A stretch of DNA of 64,000 nucleotides. Origin: Thecamonas trahens ATCC 50062. Lineage: Eukaryota > Protista > Apusomonadida. The stretch is taken from assembly GCF_000142905.1 (NCBI RefSeq), contig NW_013657677.1, positions 458,024 through 522,023 on the forward strand, given 5' to 3'. Under the pieces are notes generated by a model. The model had not been told where the DNA came from and did not search any database. It saw only the letters and a list, made by a program, of their open reading frames with translations. Position numbers and translations under genes: made by a program. Below, in pieces: positions 61,950 to 64,000 of this stretch; the stretch's first letter is position 1, and every line of letters begins with the position of its first letter.

Positions 61950-63896
61950 TCACCACATGAGCGAGACCTTGGTCGGTGAGACAATCGAGTTTGAGAGCGT
62001 GTCGTCAGGCGAGTGGACAGGGGTAGGAAAGGCGGTGGCGTCGTGGTGTGCAGGCGGAGCGACGGCGGCGGCAACGGCGGACGGCGGACGGAGCCAAAGG
62101 CGGACCGTGCCCGAGTCGTCGGCGGTGACGACGTGATGGCTGGTGAGGGCGAGGCCAGTGAGCGGGGCGGCGGCGACGTCGTGAGAGAGCGTCGGCTCCA
62201 GGACAAGGAGGTCGTCCATGGGTGCGGCGGGCGTGAGCCAGTCCTGGGCAAACGGGCGGTTTCGGAGGCTGCCTGCGGCGTTCTCGACCACGGCGTCCAT
62301 GTCTGCGGCCGGCAGGTCCCACATCATAAGCAAAGTATCTTGGCCGATGGAGAGGAGGCGGTAGGCGCCATCGAGCGGGGCCGAGTCAAAGGCGAGCGCC
62401 GACGGCCACGACTGGTGCCCCATGCAGCGGAGGACGGGAAGCCCTCCGCCGGCATGCGGCATGTAAAGAGTGATCATGTCGTCCTGCCCACCGGCGGCGA
62501 GAAGGACCGAGTCCGGTGACCAGGCGAGGCACTCGACCGAGCCAAAGTACGAAGCCCAGCCCGCGAGGCGCTTGCGGTTGCAAAAGTCGACGACGTGCAA
62601 GGCGCCCGAGGCAAGGCCGACAGCAATGTGGCAGCCGTCGGGCGCAAAGGCGAGGCTGGAGACGGCGATGCCCTCGTCGCCAAAGCGCCATTTGACGCAG
62701 GGCGTGCGCGACGACGAGCGCGCGTCAGCGACGCTCACGCCGCACCCGAGGTCCATGGGTGGACTCCAGCCACGGAACGAGGTCTCATGGCCGGAGAGTG
62801 TGTACTCATAGACCGCGCCCGAGGCATGCGCGGCGACAAAGTGGTCGGCCGGGCCAGCCTCTGAGCCCGAGCCTGGAACGACCGCGAGGGCGACAACAGC
62901 GGTGCCGTCGGCGGCAGCGAGCTTGTTGAGGAGTGTCGACGACGGTGGCGAGAGCGAGTGAAGAACTAGGATCTCGCCTGTGGAAAACCCCAGAATGAGC
63001 GGGGCGGCGTCGGGCGGCTCGACCGAGGCCAGCACCGCATGCGGCGGCGGCATGTCCGGCGCCGCCACCGGCCCGAGTGACTCGGGCTCGGTCGGTGTGG
63101 CCAGCGTCCGAGGAAGCGACGCAGGCAGTGCCGACGAAAGCCGGAGCTCCGAAGGCGCGGCACCGACACTGGACTCGCCGCCTACTACTGCGGCCGCCGG
63201 CATAGGTGTGATGACCGGCATGCTCACCAGCGCGGCGTGGCAGGTAGGCAAGGCGCGGAAGCGCAGCGTGTCGACGCAGCTGGCCACCAGTCGTGGCGCA
63301 GAGCCGTGCAGCAGTGCCGGCTCGCGCGCCTCGTGGTGGCCGGCGCCAATGAGTGGTTCCGAGTCGACCCGCTCGGCGGCGGTTGCGGGTTCGTCTGCGA
63401 GCGCAACGTCGTCGGGCGCAGCGGCGGCGGCGGCATCGCCACGCGGCGGCGACGGTGGGTGCAGAGCATCGCCAGCCCGATCGGCAGCGGTCAGAACGGA
63501 ATCGGCCTCTGCGGCAGCGACTGTGGCTGCAGTATCGTCACTGTTTGCCACAGCGTACACATACAGCGCGTAGCCGTGGTTGAAGACCAGGTTCATGGGC
63601 GGCGGCGGTGGCGGCAGGGGAAGACTACCGAGTGAGTGGGTGTGATGATGAGCGGCAAGGTTTGCTTGCGCGGCGCGAGTGTGAGCCGTATGCGGGGCAA
63701 CAGAGCCACCGGCATCAGCTGGCGAGGACGATCGCGAGGAGAGCGAGAGAGAGCAGAGCGAGGGTCGTGGCCGCGGAATGACGGTCACCGCTGTACCTGC
63801 CTGGCGTGCCCGCAGCCGCCCTCTTGAGGTGTGGCGGAACTCGGCGTCAAGCAGGTACCGCCCCTCGGGTGCCGCGAACCGCGGTCCTGTGTACAT
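61950..63896 (-). CDS. WDR20: WDR20/DMWD (CreC)-like WD40 protein
   Basis: F.APEG.Y.L, LVFN.G..LYVY, LILGFSTGEI, SYFG..ECLAWSPD..LLAAGGQDD, GHQSW.S..AFD, YRL.SIGQDT...MWDL, LEP. Confidence 0.9.
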   Translation of the reverse strand: MYTGPRFAAPEGRYLLDAEFRHTSRGRLRARQAGTAVTVIPRPRPSLCSLSLSSRSSSPADAGGSVAPHTAHTRAAQANLAAHHHTHSLGSLPLPPPPPPMNLVFNHGYALYVYAVANSDDTAATVAAAEADSVLTAADRAGDALHPPSPPRGDAAAAAAPDDVALADEPATAAERVDSEPLIGAGHHEAREPALLHGSAPRLVASCVDTLRFRALPTCHAALVSMPVITPMPAAAVVGGESSVGAAPSELRLSSALPASLPRTLATPTEPESLGPVAAPDMPPPHAVLASVEPPDAAPLILGFSTGEILVLHSLSPPSSTLLNKLAAADGTAVVALAVVPGSGSEAGPADHFVAAHASGAVYEYTLSGHETSFRGWSPPMDLGCGVSVADARSSSRTPCVKWRFGDEGIAVSSLAFAPDGCHIAVGLASGALHVVDFCNRKRLAGWASYFGSVECLAWSPDSVLLAAGGQDDMITLYMPHAGGGLPVLRCMGHQSWPSALAFDSAPLDGAYRLLSIGQDTLLMMWDLPAADMDAVVENAAGSLRNRPFAQDWLTPAAPMDDLLVLEPTLSHDVAAAPLTGLALTSHHVVTADDSGTVRLWLRPPSAVAAAVAPPAHHDATAFPTPVHSPDDTLSNSIVSPTKVSLMW

Positions 63897-64000
63897 GATG
63901 GGGGTGGTGGGGGGAGGGTGGGGGGGGGGGGGGGGGGAGGGGGGGGAGGGGGGAGGGGGAGGGGGAGGGGGGCGGGGGAGGGGGGCGGGTAGGGTTGGGG

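Noticed and set aside
1-64000. Transposons, endogenous viral genes, rRNA or tRNA genes
   Set aside because: I recognised no transposase, RT, integrase or capsid motifs, no terminal repeats and no cloverleaf or rRNA signatures. Small ncRNAs cannot be excluded without covariance-model searches.

Overview
GC-rich, gene-dense and intron-poor eukaryotic nuclear DNA, not prokaryotic. It contains MCM5, the Pol III subunit RPC34, CDC26, Ras and Rho GEFs, EF-hand proteins and GT-AG introns. Base composition, compactness and gene content resemble a unicellular flagellate such as the apusomonad Thecamonas trahens, but that is my inference and is not verified. I can support about 32 protein-coding genes and three assembly gaps; I see no rRNA, tRNA, CRISPR array or recognisable transposon. 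The most unusual element is a ~2,700-aa gene (44323-52475) fusing a TKL-type kinase, an Apaf-1-like NB-ARC/STAND NTPase, WD40 propellers and about five gelsolin/villin-like repeats, a candidate actin-coupled signalosome or immune sensor. Other notable items are a pseudokinase-HECT fusion, a PB1-like/CorA fusion, a propeller protein with near-identical 216-bp coding repeats, a MEIOB-like meiotic gene, an AOAH-like LPS deacylase with an altered catalytic site, a bacterial-type secreted protein, and E2F-like sites upstream of MCM5 and CDC26. Seven apparent reading-frame breaks are all -1 and sit at short homopolymers; they are most likely sequencing undercalls. All family calls come from motif recognition by eye, with no database searches.
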